64,000 nt of DNA, taken from contig JBPGPT010000033.1 of assembly GCA_051047955.1 (NCBI GenBank), forward strand, positions 1 to 64,000, written 5' to 3'. Shown one piece after another: positions 13,601 through 25,557 of this stretch. Position numbers and translations under genes: made by a program. Below the pieces are notes generated by a model. The model searched no databases and was not told the DNA's origin. It saw nothing but the letters and a program-made list of their open reading frames with translations. Source of the DNA: Cystobasidiomycetes sp. EMM_F5 (lineage: Eukaryota). Positions within the stretch are counted from its first letter, which is position 1. Each line of letters opens with the position of its first letter.

Positions 13601-15559
13601 GTGACGGCCAGGGGCAGGCCTGAAGGAAGAACACAAATCCGTTAGTATTCATTCGTTGCTCAGCTTATCTGCAGAATTGTCCAACTCACCTTCCGGCACT
13701 GCAACAACGACCAAGGTGACGCTAATCACGAAACTTTGAATGAAGCCCTGGATTTTGACAGCTGTTGAACGGTCAGGTTGTGTCCTGAGCTGCACACAGT
13801 TCCTAACAAAGAGGATGGTAAAAAGCAGAGCACCGGCGATAGATGCGATTTTCGCGATACGTTCCGCGAGCTGGGCCAATTGTTTCTGCATACGTGTCTG
13901 ATCGGGCTGAGAGGAACGGAGATCCATGAAGATCTTGCCTTGGAAGGATCGCTTGCCTACTGCCAATACGACACAGTGACCTGTTCCTTCGAGCACTTTT
14001 GAGCCGGAAAGAAGGAAGGGATCGCCTTCTTCTTCGCCGCCCTCGGCGTTGTCGTCATCATCCGGACCACCGTCACGACGTGAGTGGTCTTGGCCTCGTT
14101 CATCCTCCTTCGTGTCTGAAGTGGAAGACGATACATTCTTGTGTTTATCATCCGAGTCCGAGTCCTCAGCAATGCTCGCAACTTCCGCAACATCGGTGCC
14201 TTTGAATGCGCGTTTCTCTATTGCATCGCTCTCGCCGGTGGCATCGCTCTCGTCGACCTTGACTCCACACCTCGGGGCGACGAGAAGAGCATCGCAGGAC
14301 AGGATGTCGCCTGCTTCAATGTGTAGAACATCGCCAACCATGACTTCGGTCGACTTGATGCTATCCCATCGGAAGATTGTCCACTGCTCAGAAGGTTCAG
14401 GTAAGGTAGCATACGCCATCGACCTACACTTTATACTTTTCGCCGTCTCGCAGCACTTTGACCTCTGGAATCTCCTTTGTCTCGGACAAGGCTTTAAACT
14501 GCCGTTCTTTTGAATAGTCATTGATGGACGATGTGAGTGTGACGATGACAATTGCCGTCACTTTTGTTTGTGAAGGAGTGTGAGGCAGTAAGGGCAGGAG
14601 AGAAGCAGAGAAGCAGAGAAGCAGAGAAGCAGAGAAGCAGAGAAGCAGAGAAGGAGTATCAGAGAGAGATATGGATAGAACGGTATTGACGAGGAGCGGA
14701 GGTAGCGATAGTTAGAAATAGAACGTGATCGACGAGGAGCAGAGGCAGCGATAGTTAGATATACAACGTGATTGACGAGGAGTAGAGGTAGTGATAGTTA
14801 GGGCCAGAACGTGATTGACGACGAGCAGAAGTAGTAATGGTTAGGGATAGCATCAGTTGACGAGGAGCAGAGGCAGTAATGGCCGGTGATTGGGTTCGGA
14901 ATACCGTATAATGAGCAAGTACATCTCGTGTGGACATACTGTGCCACTCACTGATGGCAACCCCTTCAATCCAATTTACCCTCGGTTGTTCTGGATCATG
15001 GTTCGGTCCGTAATCTTGATACAGACCGAGACTGAAGCTGACGGCCGCTGCGACTGAGTCGACCATACGGCATCTCAGCCGAGTGTGCAAAAAACTTCAG
15101 AGATCACCCACCCGTCAGTATGATCAGCACCTTGTCGTTGAATGCGTCCCACAGGAACTTGTAGAATGGTTTGAGCTGGCGTTCTGGGAGCTGGTTTCGT
15201 CCATACACTCTGATCCTCTCGCTCCGCCCGTCCTCGGACACCTGATCGCTCTGCAAGCCCGATGTCGCGTCAGACTGGAGTGCCTTGAATATATCGTCAT
15301 TCCCGATAATCTCGAGCAGCCTGTCTTCGTCTTTGTCCTTGATGGCTTGCGCTATGTCTGACGGCTGCAGGGCAAAGTCTCCAAGGTTGGACACGATGCT
15401 GTCACTATTCTCGCTCGATGTTGATGAGTGTGCGTCACTGTTGCGACCGTCACTCGAGTCTTGCTCATTGCTCCTGCGGTCCTTCTGCTGCTTCAAGAGC
15501 GGAGTGCGTTCATCGCTGCTTTGCCTGTTGCCGTTGCCAGCAGTGTCCGACTTTGGCAT
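10640..15559 (-). CDS. PMC1: P-type IIB (PMCA/PMC1-type) Ca2+-transporting ATPase
   Basis: WIEGVAI, DESDATGESD, VVAVPEGLPLAVT, DKTGT, TGDN, GDGTNDALAL, AVQLLWVNLIMDTFAALALAT. Many introns. Exact 3' end uncertain. Confidence 0.93.
14599..14653 (+). repeat. (AGAGAAGC) x about 6.9 tandem repeat in a PMC1 intron
   Basis: Six perfect copies plus one partial copy, read directly. Confidence 0.95.
14674..14886 (+). repeat. Degenerate 43-bp minisatellite, about 5 copies, in a PMC1 intron
   Basis: Consensus about ATAGAACGTGATTGACGAGGAGCAGAGGYAGYGATAGTTAG, with about 43-nt period. Confidence 0.9.
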
Positions 15560-15846
15560 TACAAACGAGAACGATACTGTACCAGCCTTGAGCTCGATGC
15601 TGCCAGGTAATTGCGATGTGCTAGTCTCAGTCTCAGTCTCCTCCAGTAGCCTCACCAGAAATGAATGTCGTCCTCTGCATCAACACCCCGTTGACACTCC
15701 CCCTCGCACAATGTCTTTGCATGACAAAATGCTCGTCATAGCCAAGGCCCAAAGCGCACGCATGGTCGATTGCTTTGTCAGCAGTTGCAGCCAGTTCTGT
15801 GTTGGAGGCCTGCTCGCTCGCACAACTGCAGCCTACATCCTCCTTG

Positions 15847-17169
15847 ATGAACGTCGACGATGAAGCACTGTACGGCCAAGCCTCGAGGGCGTTCATCCTG
15901 CGAGACTTTGGCAGGGCGAGGGAGATCGTGAGTGGCCTGTCGAGGGGAGCAGAGGACAGGGTGGACGGCAAAGACGGCAAAGACGGCGTACAGGAGAGCA
16001 ATCCAAACCATACACGAAAAGTGTGGATATTCGAAGTAACGCTCCTGTCGTCGACGTTGGCTTCGTCGGATGCCGAGCAGTCCGAGTCCCACCGGGTCGA
16101 AGCACTGCAAGGCCTGCACCAGCGGATAAAGCAGTACTATGCGCGAGAATGGTACATTCACAGTGGAGATCAACACACTCTGCCCATGGCCCTCCATCCC
16201 TCTATACTGGTAGCACTCTCCCTGGCGAGTATATCGCTGCATTTACCCGGCTACGCTCGCCAGATACTCGAAGACTACTTTGGGGATCTCGTGTGCTGTC
16301 CGCCTGAAATGGCTCACCCTCATTCCATCAACCTCGACGCATCGTACGCCCTCGACCAGTCCGACGCAGACCTGTCTCTGTCGGGCGTGAGGTTGCCGGC
16401 AGCCTCATCAAGCAGTCAGAACAACAAGGTGATGCCAGGCTGGAGAAAGAGTCTAGACAGGTTAGCGAGGATATACGCTGTACTTGTGCTCGGAAGAGCA
16501 TTCCAGGAATGGGCTGGAGCGAGAGACTGGGTCGAAACGCAACGCAGCGAAAACGTCGGCATACAAGTGGTGACGGACGACAATGCGGATGGCTTGTTGG
16601 AGGAGCTCATCTCTGCTCAAGCGGCGTACGAGCGAGAACAGGCAGAAGCAGAACTCGAACGCGCGCGACAAGCTCAGCTCGACAAGAAGTCCAAGCAGGA
16701 TCACCGCCAGAAAAGGACATCCCGGTCGACTGCTATTCCCTCATCCTCTACCTCTCCTCCGTCCACCTCTGCTCTTCCATCTACTTCCGCGTCCACCAAC
16801 CGCAAGTCGCCCAGCTCGACATCGACTCACGCCACCGAAGCACCCGGATTTGCAGGCGTACGAGACCGACTATCCAAACTCTTACCATCTTCCGATTCCC
16901 ATGCCCTCGAACGCTCACCATCATATGCCTCCGATGCTCCATCAGCCAGCTCGATACTATCGCTAGCTCAAACGTACATAGGGAAAGTGGCTCAATCCAG
17001 TACGCTGTCCACCATACTCGTCCTATTCGTGCTATTCAACATCTGGAGACGAAGAATTGGAGCACAGACATATGCACACAGAAAGACTAGACTAAAGGAG
17101 ATGCTAGTGAGCGTCAGAGACAAATTGCTGGAGACGGTAAAGATGGGCGGGAGCTTGGGGCTTGTGTAG
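15847..17169 (+). CDS. PEX26: Peroxin-26-like tail-anchored peroxisomal membrane protein
   Basis: Intronless ORF. LYGQASRAFIL, RKVWIFEVTLL, HPSILVAL, RQILEDYF and IYAVLVL..EW..ARDW resemble fungal Pex26 blocks. Coiled/Ser-rich linker, C-terminal TM helix and a basic tail ending KLLETVKMG. Confidence 0.65.
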   Translation: MNVDDEALYGQASRAFILRDFGRAREIVSGLSRGAEDRVDGKDGKDGVQESNPNHTRKVWIFEVTLLSSTLASSDAEQSESHRVEALQGLHQRIKQYYAREWYIHSGDQHTLPMALHPSILVALSLASISLHLPGYARQILEDYFGDLVCCPPEMAHPHSINLDASYALDQSDADLSLSGVRLPAASSSSQNNKVMPGWRKSLDRLARIYAVLVLGRAFQEWAGARDWVETQRSENVGIQVVTDDNADGLLEELISAQAAYEREQAEAELERARQAQLDKKSKQDHRQKRTSRSTAIPSSSTSPPSTSALPSTSASTNRKSPSSTSTHATEAPGFAGVRDRLSKLLPSSDSHALERSPSYASDAPSASSILSLAQTYIGKVAQSSTLSTILVLFVLFNIWRRRIGAQTYAHRKTRLKEMLVSVRDKLLETVKMGGSLGLV

Positions 17170-17329
17170 ATTGCAGTTACGAGTGTCTATGCTTGATGTT
17201 CGATAGTACGCGACTCAATGTATGATTTTGTATCCGGTGTTTGAGTCTTGTTGCTTGTGTGGGGTATCGCTGTGGCTCAGTCTCGGTCGCGTATACTAAC
17301 CCGTGCCTTGTTTCCTTCTCCCGTATAAT

Positions 17330-18278
17330 ATGACCTCGCCCGTTGAGATCAATGACTTGAGTACGAGTGCTAGAACGAATGGAGTGCACAGTAATGGCGC
17401 GTCAAGCGAGCTTGCACAAGTTGTCGACCGACTTGCGATGACGGAATCATCTAAAATCCACCTGGAGTAAGCACAACCATGTATAACAACGGGCGCAGAC
17501 TGATTGCGTCCTATGTAACAGCCTTCCCCGTGCTTCTATGGCAGGCGTACTAGTCCTCCTCTGCAGCAATACCGCCGGAGGTGTATCTGTCGTTCTAACG
17601 ACTCGAGCATTGACGATGCGGTCATTTCCCGGCGAGACTGCCCTACCAGGTGGAAAGATGGAGACGAGCGACATCGATATATCAGCTACGGCTATTCGCG
17701 AAGCGAGTGAAGAAATCGGTTTGAATTTGCCCGACCTAAAGATCATCACGCACATGCCCCCTCTTCTTTCCAAGAACCTGCTGTTTGTCGTTCCTGTCGT
17801 TGCTGCTTGTACAACACATACTGCCGAACGACTCCTTGAAATCCTCAAACCCAACGCTGCAGAAGTTGGCCGAATCTGGGCATGGCCATTACGTGATTTC
17901 CTCTACATATCGCAAGAGATCCAATCTTCCGCGACTGTCACCGACAGCACAACTGCGCAGAGTCAGTTGGCAGTGCGATATGCGTATCAGGATGTTCCTT
18001 GGTTGCTAGGCAAGCCCTACAGGCTCCATCATTTCCATCACTGCGAAATGGCATCACCAGTGACGGGTCTCACAGCCGACATACTGCTCGATGTGGCACT
18101 CGTGGGGTATGACATCGCGGAACCCGGATTCCTGAGACGCGCACCAGAACAGTTAAGCTCAAATGACATGCTTCAGGCTGTTCTCGAGGGAAAAGCTGGC
18201 TTGAATGGCGATACGAGGAGTAGCCTGAAAAAAATGAAGGTTGCAGAAGGTCCTGTTGCTGGTCATGCAGCCACATAG
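17330..18278 (+). CDS. PCD1: CoA pyrophosphatase, Nudix family (PCD1/NUDT7-like)
   Basis: Exon 1 17330-17466, intron GTAAGC..CAG 17467-17521. NuCoA motif LTTRALTMRSFPGETALPGG directly followed by Nudix box ATAIREASEEIGL. PNAAEV and VTGLTADIL downstream. Confidence 0.8.
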
Positions 18279-18374
18279 AGCAGAAGCGACATGCTGGAGA
18301 GTCTATATTCAACGGCTATTATTCGAGGGCAAAGCCTACGGCGTACGGCAAACGATCACAACAAATGGCCGGCG

Positions 18375-18869
18375 TTACAGCTTCGCCAAGGGCAAAGGCG
18401 TCTGCAAGGGCGAAGAGAACGTAGATACCGGCTGCTTGAAGACCTTGGGCTCCGGAGCCCGCTTGACGCACACAAAGCCTTGATTCGGACACTCGTGCAT
18501 GGCAACATCAAAGGCCTGACCTCCTCGGAAGTTGCAAAGTCTGCATCTGCAAAAGCTTACACATCAGCTGTCGCCCTTCTAGACGTGCATTCTGGCACTG
18601 GACTGTTCCGTCACCGAAGTGGCAAAACTCACCGGAAGTGCAATTCGTGACCGGTTCCATCGTACTTGTACACAATCACTGGACCAGCAGTATTGGCAGA
18701 CTCGTGCTCTTCCACTCGTGTACGGTCACTATGCGCCATTGGGCAGCCGAAGGAGCATCTATAATCGAGCTTTAGCCACACTCGTCCAGCCCCGTAGACC
18801 ATTCACGAACCGATAGATTGGAATGACGCCAGCGCCATACGACATCTTTGTTCCATCGGTATAAGGCAT
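18375..18869 (-). CDS. Small 118-aa protein with two zinc-finger-like motifs and C-terminal PTS1 (-AKL)
   Basis: Exons 18869-18811, 18758-18633 and 18546-18375 splice in frame (357 nt). Motifs YRCSFGC..H and FRCRLC..HEC. Ends PLAKL*. Confidence 0.7.
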
Positions 18870-19411
18870 CCTCCTAGAGGTTTGGTTGTGCAGAGAAAGG
18901 GAAAGGTATGGTAGAGAAGATTGGTGCTTTGGCAATTGCAACAGACGGAAGCAAGACGATGAGAAAGTTGTGACGGGAGAATCTACATCAACCGTGTGCA
19001 TGATCCGTCCTCGATGCGCGTCAGCCGAATTATGCAAGGTGGCTTGACGCGGCATGATTCATTGTAGTGCCTTTTAAGACTGTTCTCCGTCGCATCGCAT
19101 CGACGGCAGCGAATTTAATCTGACATCAGCCATTGTACTGCGTACCGACAGCAAAGGGCATCTCGGTGTATTACATTCTACTATGCTATTGGTGCCTGAC
19201 TCGTCCATCCGGCATGGTGTTCTTTTCCTTGATTCACGACCGCAATTTTGATCAGATTATCGCTGTCGGTACCACCTGTTCGTATCGGGATCAGAATCCC
19301 GGTGAATGGGTTGCCATTCGGTCATCGGCGCAGGGTGCGTGGATGTAGCTTGCCTGCTTCCCTTCTGCAGACACATGCTGTTAGAAGTGCTCGTGACCGC
19401 ACCTAACAGAC

Positions 19412-20914
19412 TTAAGTTACCAAGACTATACCACAAGTTCGTTCTGTCCATATCTCGATGTCGTAAGGGAAGCCAGTGACGGGACTCTTATGCTCGACTA
19501 TGTACTTTGATCTTGACTGCAGCATCAAATGCTTCATGGCCGTGACAATGGCGTCACGAACTCTAGGTTCCTTTTCGCAGAGTTCCACTGCAATTGTCTG
19601 AAGGCAGGGAAGGGCCGAATTGGAAGAACATGCCACAAAGCTGACATCGTCCGCGAGACCTTCGCAGAGGCAGGCGACAGCCTCCGCGATTGCTTCATCC
19701 GGTGCCGTATCATATATGTTATAAGATTCTGAAGAAAACGAGGAGGCTGAGTACACTGGTGCGGCTGAGGCGGCTGAGGAGTCCCTCTCTGACGACGCGT
19801 CCGATAGGTATCCCGAACCATAATGTGGAAATGCATTGGTTGATGATGGCGCTAAAATGACTCCTGAACCTGAGTTTGGTACAGTATCCGAATGCTGTAC
19901 AAATGGAACTGCGACCGGAACAGAATGGACGTCTGTGCTTGAAGGCGGAACTGTACTTTCATCTGTGTCTGGACCCGCGCTGTCGATCAATTTGGCGGCG
20001 ACTATTGCTGATCCAGCGTCACCATCAGTACCAATGCTAGGCGATGAAGGGACATCCTCTGCATCCATATGGTCCGGAGTGGCGATATGCTCATCGAGCG
20101 AGAGTATATCATAGAGACAGTTTTCAGTGTAACCGTCAGAGGGATTCGCCTCGCGGAAAATTACACGCTCTAGATTGGGCAGCGGGCCCATGAATTTGGT
20201 AAATTGCCTGTGCCTGGGAGTTGTGTCTCAATGTGCAGGCCGGGCTTATCGATATACACTCGCCTTGCGGACTGCATCCCAAAGAGTCGTATGGGAACGT
20301 GCATATCATCCAGCCTGACATCATGGTCGCAGCCTAGGTATACTTGTTCAGCCAGTGCACATAGCTGTCTTGGAGCTGGCGTTGCCTTTCTCAGCCGCCG
20401 ACGCAATTTGGGCGCGTCGTCTGCACCGATGGCCGGCAAGCGTAAAGATTTTAAAGAGGGAAACCACGTAGATGCCTTCGCGCAACTTATGTCGTGAATG
20501 AGGGTGTCGGTTATAGATTCAACAACCGACATGTCGACTTCAATCAGCAAGCGACATGCCTCGTATATATACGCGTCATTGCCGTCGTAGGCATCGGGCG
20601 GAGCGTAAGTGAAAGATATCGTTTGACGTAGTTGACGCGCGAGACGCTCTGGATTTCGGATATCGCAGGAGACTCGTGGGCTAGCAGGAACTTGCCTAGT
20701 CGGCGAATGCACCGCTAGTCTCGCGTGCTTGTATCATGCGCAGAAATTTACATAGCATTTCGTGTTTGTCGACCTTGATATCCCGATAGACAAAACGTGC
20801 GGCAATGTCGTAGAAAGCTTTGCTGACTTGCATGTATGTGCAGCATTGTCGACGATTCCACTGGTGGTGCGAAAGAATTGTTGCTACTACCTCAGTCGGC
20901 AGTTTCGTCTGCAT
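19412..20914 (-). CDS. Lineage-specific F-box-like protein; reading frame broken (weak introns or pseudogene)
   Basis: N-terminus MQTKLPTEVVATIL..MQVSKAFYDIAARFVYRDI is F-box-like. LRR-like FPSLKSLRL and LPNLERVIF follow in different frames with no convincing introns between them. Confidence 0.45.
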
Positions 20915-21134
20915 TACGACTTTGACGCGACTTCCGCTGCCAGAATTAGTCGCTCTCAATCAATCAATCTGCGTGGTATGGACAGGCAGTAAGTTGTGGA
21001 TGCGGATTAGGAACTTTTGTGTTGGCTTGGGGAGGTGTTAGGGCAAGCTTTGTGTTTGCTGTTCCGATTGTTGTCAACAGGTTCGAGATATCAGATCCGG
21101 CAAGCAGCCCCGATCTTGGCTTCATCCAACGAGC

Positions 21135-22725
21135 ATGTCGCTGTTCGTAGACAAGTATCGTCCCAAGACGCTGGACGACTTGCACTACCACGATGACCTG
21201 TCGAAACGGATCCGGACTCTAGTCAGTTTACGCGTGTTTGATGGAAGTCAAAGCGAGACGTATTGACGTGTATGCGACAATTTACGCTGCACGCCATCGT
21301 GAAGGCCACCACTGCTGGCGGTCAAGACTTTCCGCATCTTCTTTTCTACGGCCCTAGCGGAGCTGGCAAGAAGACCCGCATCAATTGCACGCTGCGAGAG
21401 CTATACGGCCCAGGAGCCGACAAGGTCAGCCGGACAGCATGACAGAGACCATTCTAGTCTGAATGACTTGCGAGACAGCTTCGAATTGACCAGCGTGTCT
21501 TCAAGACCCCTTCAAACCGCAAGCTGGATGTAAATGTTGTACAGAGCAACTATCACATCGAACTTACCCCAAGGTATCTACCTGCTCAAAGATGCCAATT
21601 CGTTGCTTATCGACGCCTCGACCATGCATAGCGATGTGGGCAATTGGGACCGCTCCGTCATTCAAGATATCTTGAAGGAGATTGCACAAACACAACAGAT
21701 TGACCTCAATGCCAAGAAACGCTTCAAAGGTGAGATACACATTGATGCAAACGCGGCGGAAGCTGATGCAATGCAACACGTCAACCAGTCGTGGTCATCA
21801 ATGAAGCAGACGGTCTGTCAAGAGACGCGCAGTCGGCATTACGTCGAACGATGGAGAGTCAGTCACAAGTACTGCTGAGGGAGACGATGCAGTATATTAA
21901 AAATTGCCCGCAGAATACTCGAACAATCTCCGCTTAATCATGTGTGCCAACTCCACAAGCAAGATAATTGCCCCCATCAGAAGCCGATGCCTGTTGATGC
22001 GCGTTGGCGCACCAGATGAGGATCAGGTATGTTTTGACACCCACAACAACGCAAAACAATCACCGACAGTTACGTCAGATTTGCAAAGTATTGTCGTACG
22101 TTGCCAAGAAAGAGCGGCTCACGCCTCCAGAGCACGTCACAAAACTGCTAGCGCGACTTAGCGGGGGCAATCTTCGTAGGGCTCTTCTATCATTCGAGGC
22201 GCTGGTCGTGCAAGACAATCAGTTTTCGCGTATCAAGAAGGAAGCCGCGGAACCTGAAAACATCAACAAGGCTGAGAATCTCGACATTGTTCCCCGACCC
22301 GATTGGGAAAAGTACTGCTCAAAAGTAGCAGAAAGAATCATGGGCGAACAATCGCCAGACAGACTTTACGAAGTCCGCGGCATGCTGTACGAATTGCTCG
22401 TGCACTGCATCCCGCCGAATGTCGTGCTTTCGGTCATTCAAGCAGAGCTGCATGCGAAAATCCAAATTACTGACGTGTTTCTTTCTTTCTAGACCATCGC
22501 CAAACGACTGATGGATCGCGTTGACGAGCAGCTCAAGGCGGAAGTGGCTAGGTGGGCCGCATATTACGATCACAGATTAAAGTTGGGCAACAAACCCATC
22601 TTCCACCTCGAAGGTTGGTCATTTATCTGCACAAGTCATCGATGGCAAGTCTTACATTGTCTTCAGCATTCGTCGCCAAAATCATGTACATTCAAAAGTC
22701 TTTCCTCGAGGGTTACATGGATTAG
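21135..22725 (+). CDS. RFC5: Replication factor C subunit 5 (yeast Rfc5 / human RFC3)
   Basis: MSLFVDKYRP, FPHLLFYGPSGAGKKT, SNYHIEL, IIAPIRSRCL, GNLRRALL, LYELLVHCIP, IFHLEAFVAK. About 8 introns. Confidence 0.95.
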
Positions 22726-22826
22726 GGAGATGCGAAAAGCCAACGAACATGGAAGTTGCGGTTTGCCTTGTTGTTGCTACTCTGACTGCATGCAGGGAAG
22801 ACACTGCTATAACAAACGATTCATGA

Positions 22827-24239
22827 CTACGATTTGCCGCTTTCCGCTTCCTCCGCTAATCGGATTGCCCATGTCAAAGCGTACGTCTCGAGGGCTTGCT
22901 CATAAGTACAGATGGGCTTGCCACAAAGGAGTGAGTCCAATTGTGTCTGGTAGGGATCATCGTTCTCGAATGTCGTGACCTCTGTGCATAGCTCTCGTCA
23001 GAGACACTGGGCAAGCTCCGCAGATACTATACCTACCGGGCACAGGATTGCCGTCCTGCATGACTACGAGCTTGGTGACGGGTGAATAAAAGTCGTGCAA
23101 TTTGATGATGCATCCATCTGTGATAATTTCGAGCTCTGTGATCCACGTCGTTCCGTGTAGAGCAATAGAATGACTAAGACTTCCAACTGCACCACTCTCG
23201 TATTTCCAGACGGCTGAGGTGTATCTCGGTATCCGGTTTGATGCGGGAATTGTATCTTCATCGATTGACATTTTTGAAAGCTGGCCGGGAGTGACATCGT
23301 GGTGGACGCTGTGAGCTCGCACGGTTGACAGATCTGCTTTACCGCCAAAGAGAAGCGAGAGAGACGCCAGATGCGTCGCTTGCTCCACGATGGCTGCGCA
23401 GTGGCCAAAGTCAGCTCACAACAGGCGGAAGAATGGCTTGACCTACGACCACAAGACATGGTCTTATTCCACCAATACGGCTTATTCTTGATATAACATA
23501 GCTGTTAGCTTCGTGGGCGAGGTAAATGCCCGTCACGTACTGCGAATTCGTAAGACACGTTCATGCGACCCTGTGTTGCCATTACGCATAATCCTTTTTC
23601 TTTGATAATTTCGTGAATTCTCTTTACTGCTTGCAGAGCTGTAAGATGGTAGCCGACTGCAACTGATGCATTGGATGCAGCCCAAGCCTTTGCAACTGTG
23701 TCCAGTCCGGCTGTCGTCGATGGTCTGGCAGATGATACTGGCTTCTCGATGAGCCAGCGCTTCACTTGTGGTAGAGACTCTACGCGACAGATGCATTAGC
23801 ACTTCCGTCGTCTGGATGCGGAGCCCTGCACACCTAGCAGACGGAGATCTAAATTTGTATCTTCAGTTATTCCTCCTCGAAAATGGGGAGGAATTCCAAC
23901 GATGACTAGCTCAATCGGGGTCGAGGCTATAGAGGACACTGCTTCGGACAAGCTTGACCAGATATGCGTGGTCGCGTATCCTGCTATACCGGCTCCAAGT
24001 TTTGTATTGATTTGTCTTTCGGATTTAGCAGTGTCAGGATCAATTATGCCAATGACATTGAGACGATTCCCCAACGCGCTAGAAAGCACATGTCCGAATT
24101 AGCATTGTCACACATCGCTATCCCTCGGTACCCACCGCTCCAAGCGAAGTGAATGGTTCCAAGGGCCTTCGCAAGACCCAAAATTAATCTCGCCAGCACC
24201 GAGCAGCAGAACATTCACTAATCCAGTATTGCCTGTCAT
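22827..24239 (-). CDS. Gfo/Idh/MocA-family NAD(P)-dependent oxidoreductase
   Basis: VLLLGAGEINFGSCEGPWNHS, VGIPPHFRG, WLIEKPVS, VAVGY, IVEQATH, ALETYALTWAIR. Multi-exon. Confidence 0.85.
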
Positions 24240-24343
24240 TGAGTAAGACTCCACCAGGGTCCAGATTGATGCCTAGCTGGTGGCGGATGGCTACCCAAAG
24301 ATCGCTTTTCGCCCACCAATTACAGTAGCACCAGACCTTGACG

Positions 24344-25497
24344 ATGGGTGGTGACGGTGAGTGGGTCAGAGGATACGAGTGGGATTAGCCGTGGCATCAG
24401 CTCATTAACATTGCTCAATCTGCACAGGCGGTAGTTGTGAGTTTGGATTCAAAGTCCAGCAGTTTCAGATTACGACGGCTGACGCTGGAGTCTGCAGTCG
24501 TTCAGCGTTCAGAAGCCGTCAAGACTAAAGCAAAGACTCAGATTGCCGACCGCAGGAATCAACTACTCGCTGCATGGTTTACTTGTTCGCTGTCAAAGGT
24601 GTGTGCCACTGGTACATTTGGTCGATTCGTCACAAAGTCTGACTGATGCATGGGCTACAGCGCGACTTGGAAGAACCAGTGGTCGCGGACGCACTAGGCA
24701 AGCTCTACAATAAAGACGCTCTGCTCGAATTCCTGCTCGCTCCGCCACCTAGTGCTACCAATCCTATCTCGAGTCGACCCTTTGGCGCAGACGGTCTTCT
24801 CGCAGCCGGGCACCTACGCTCCCTGAAAGACGTACAGAATCTCAAGTTGACACCGACAAGCTCGAATGCGCAACAGAGCATATCCTCCGCTAGCAATGCA
24901 GAGACAGGAGGGCAGATTGAATACGGGAAGGCCCGATGGGAGTGCCCTATCACACTAAGGGGAATGAATGGGGCAGTACGTTTCGTATATGTGCAAGGCT
25001 GTGGCTGTGTCGCATCCGAAGTGGGACTACGAGAGCTGGCAGGCCGCCCAACTGGCTCACCCAAGGACAGCAAGGAAAGCAATGGTTCCGACGATAAGGC
25101 TGTCTGCCCTATATGCGCTCAACAACTTCCTGGACCTGGCATAGAGCTTGTCACTCTGAATCCAGCCGGAGAGGAGAAGGAGGCCGTGACCAAAGCGTGG
25201 GCAGCCAAGATTCTCGCCGACGAAGTAGAGAAAGCAGAGAAGAAGGCCGCCAAGAAGAGCAAGAAGAGAAAGGATGTCGACGTAGACAATAGCGATATCA
25301 CGGCGACGGACACGAAGAAAATCAAGACTGTGTCAACGAGCATATCTTCAGCGCAACAGCAGCGTAAATTGCAAGCCATTCCAGATGGCAAGAAGCAGCC
25401 AATGTCAAAAGCTGTTGCGAGCTTATACTCATCCAACAAAGATCCCAGCAGCAAACTCTCGCCCTTGTTCTCCAGTGGGTACTCACGTGTGGGATAG
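24344..25497 (+). CDS. RTF2: Replication termination factor 2 (Rtf2 RING-like)
   Basis: Spliced start MGGDGGSF. WFTCSLSK, PVVADALGKLYNKDALLEFLL, HLRSLKDV, CPIT, GCGCV, CPIC. Lys-rich tail. Confidence 0.9.
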
Positions 25498-25557
25498 ATT
25501 GAAGAGTTCAGTATCAGGGTGTCGTTGTATTACAGCGTCGTATCTATGTGTAGCACG

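Noticed and set aside
14674..14886. 43-bp repeat array as a CRISPR-like locus
   Set aside because: Units are adjacent and degenerate with no unique spacers, lie in a eukaryotic intron, and no cas genes are present.
17430..17470. PTS2-like RL..HL in the Nudix N-terminus
   Set aside because: Spacing is RL-x8-HL, not RL-x5-HL, and the C-terminus is not a PTS1. Peroxisomal location rests on family only.
18291..18650. 119-aa ORF on + after the Nudix gene
   Set aside because: It is antisense to the better-supported spliced zinc-finger gene and has no motifs.
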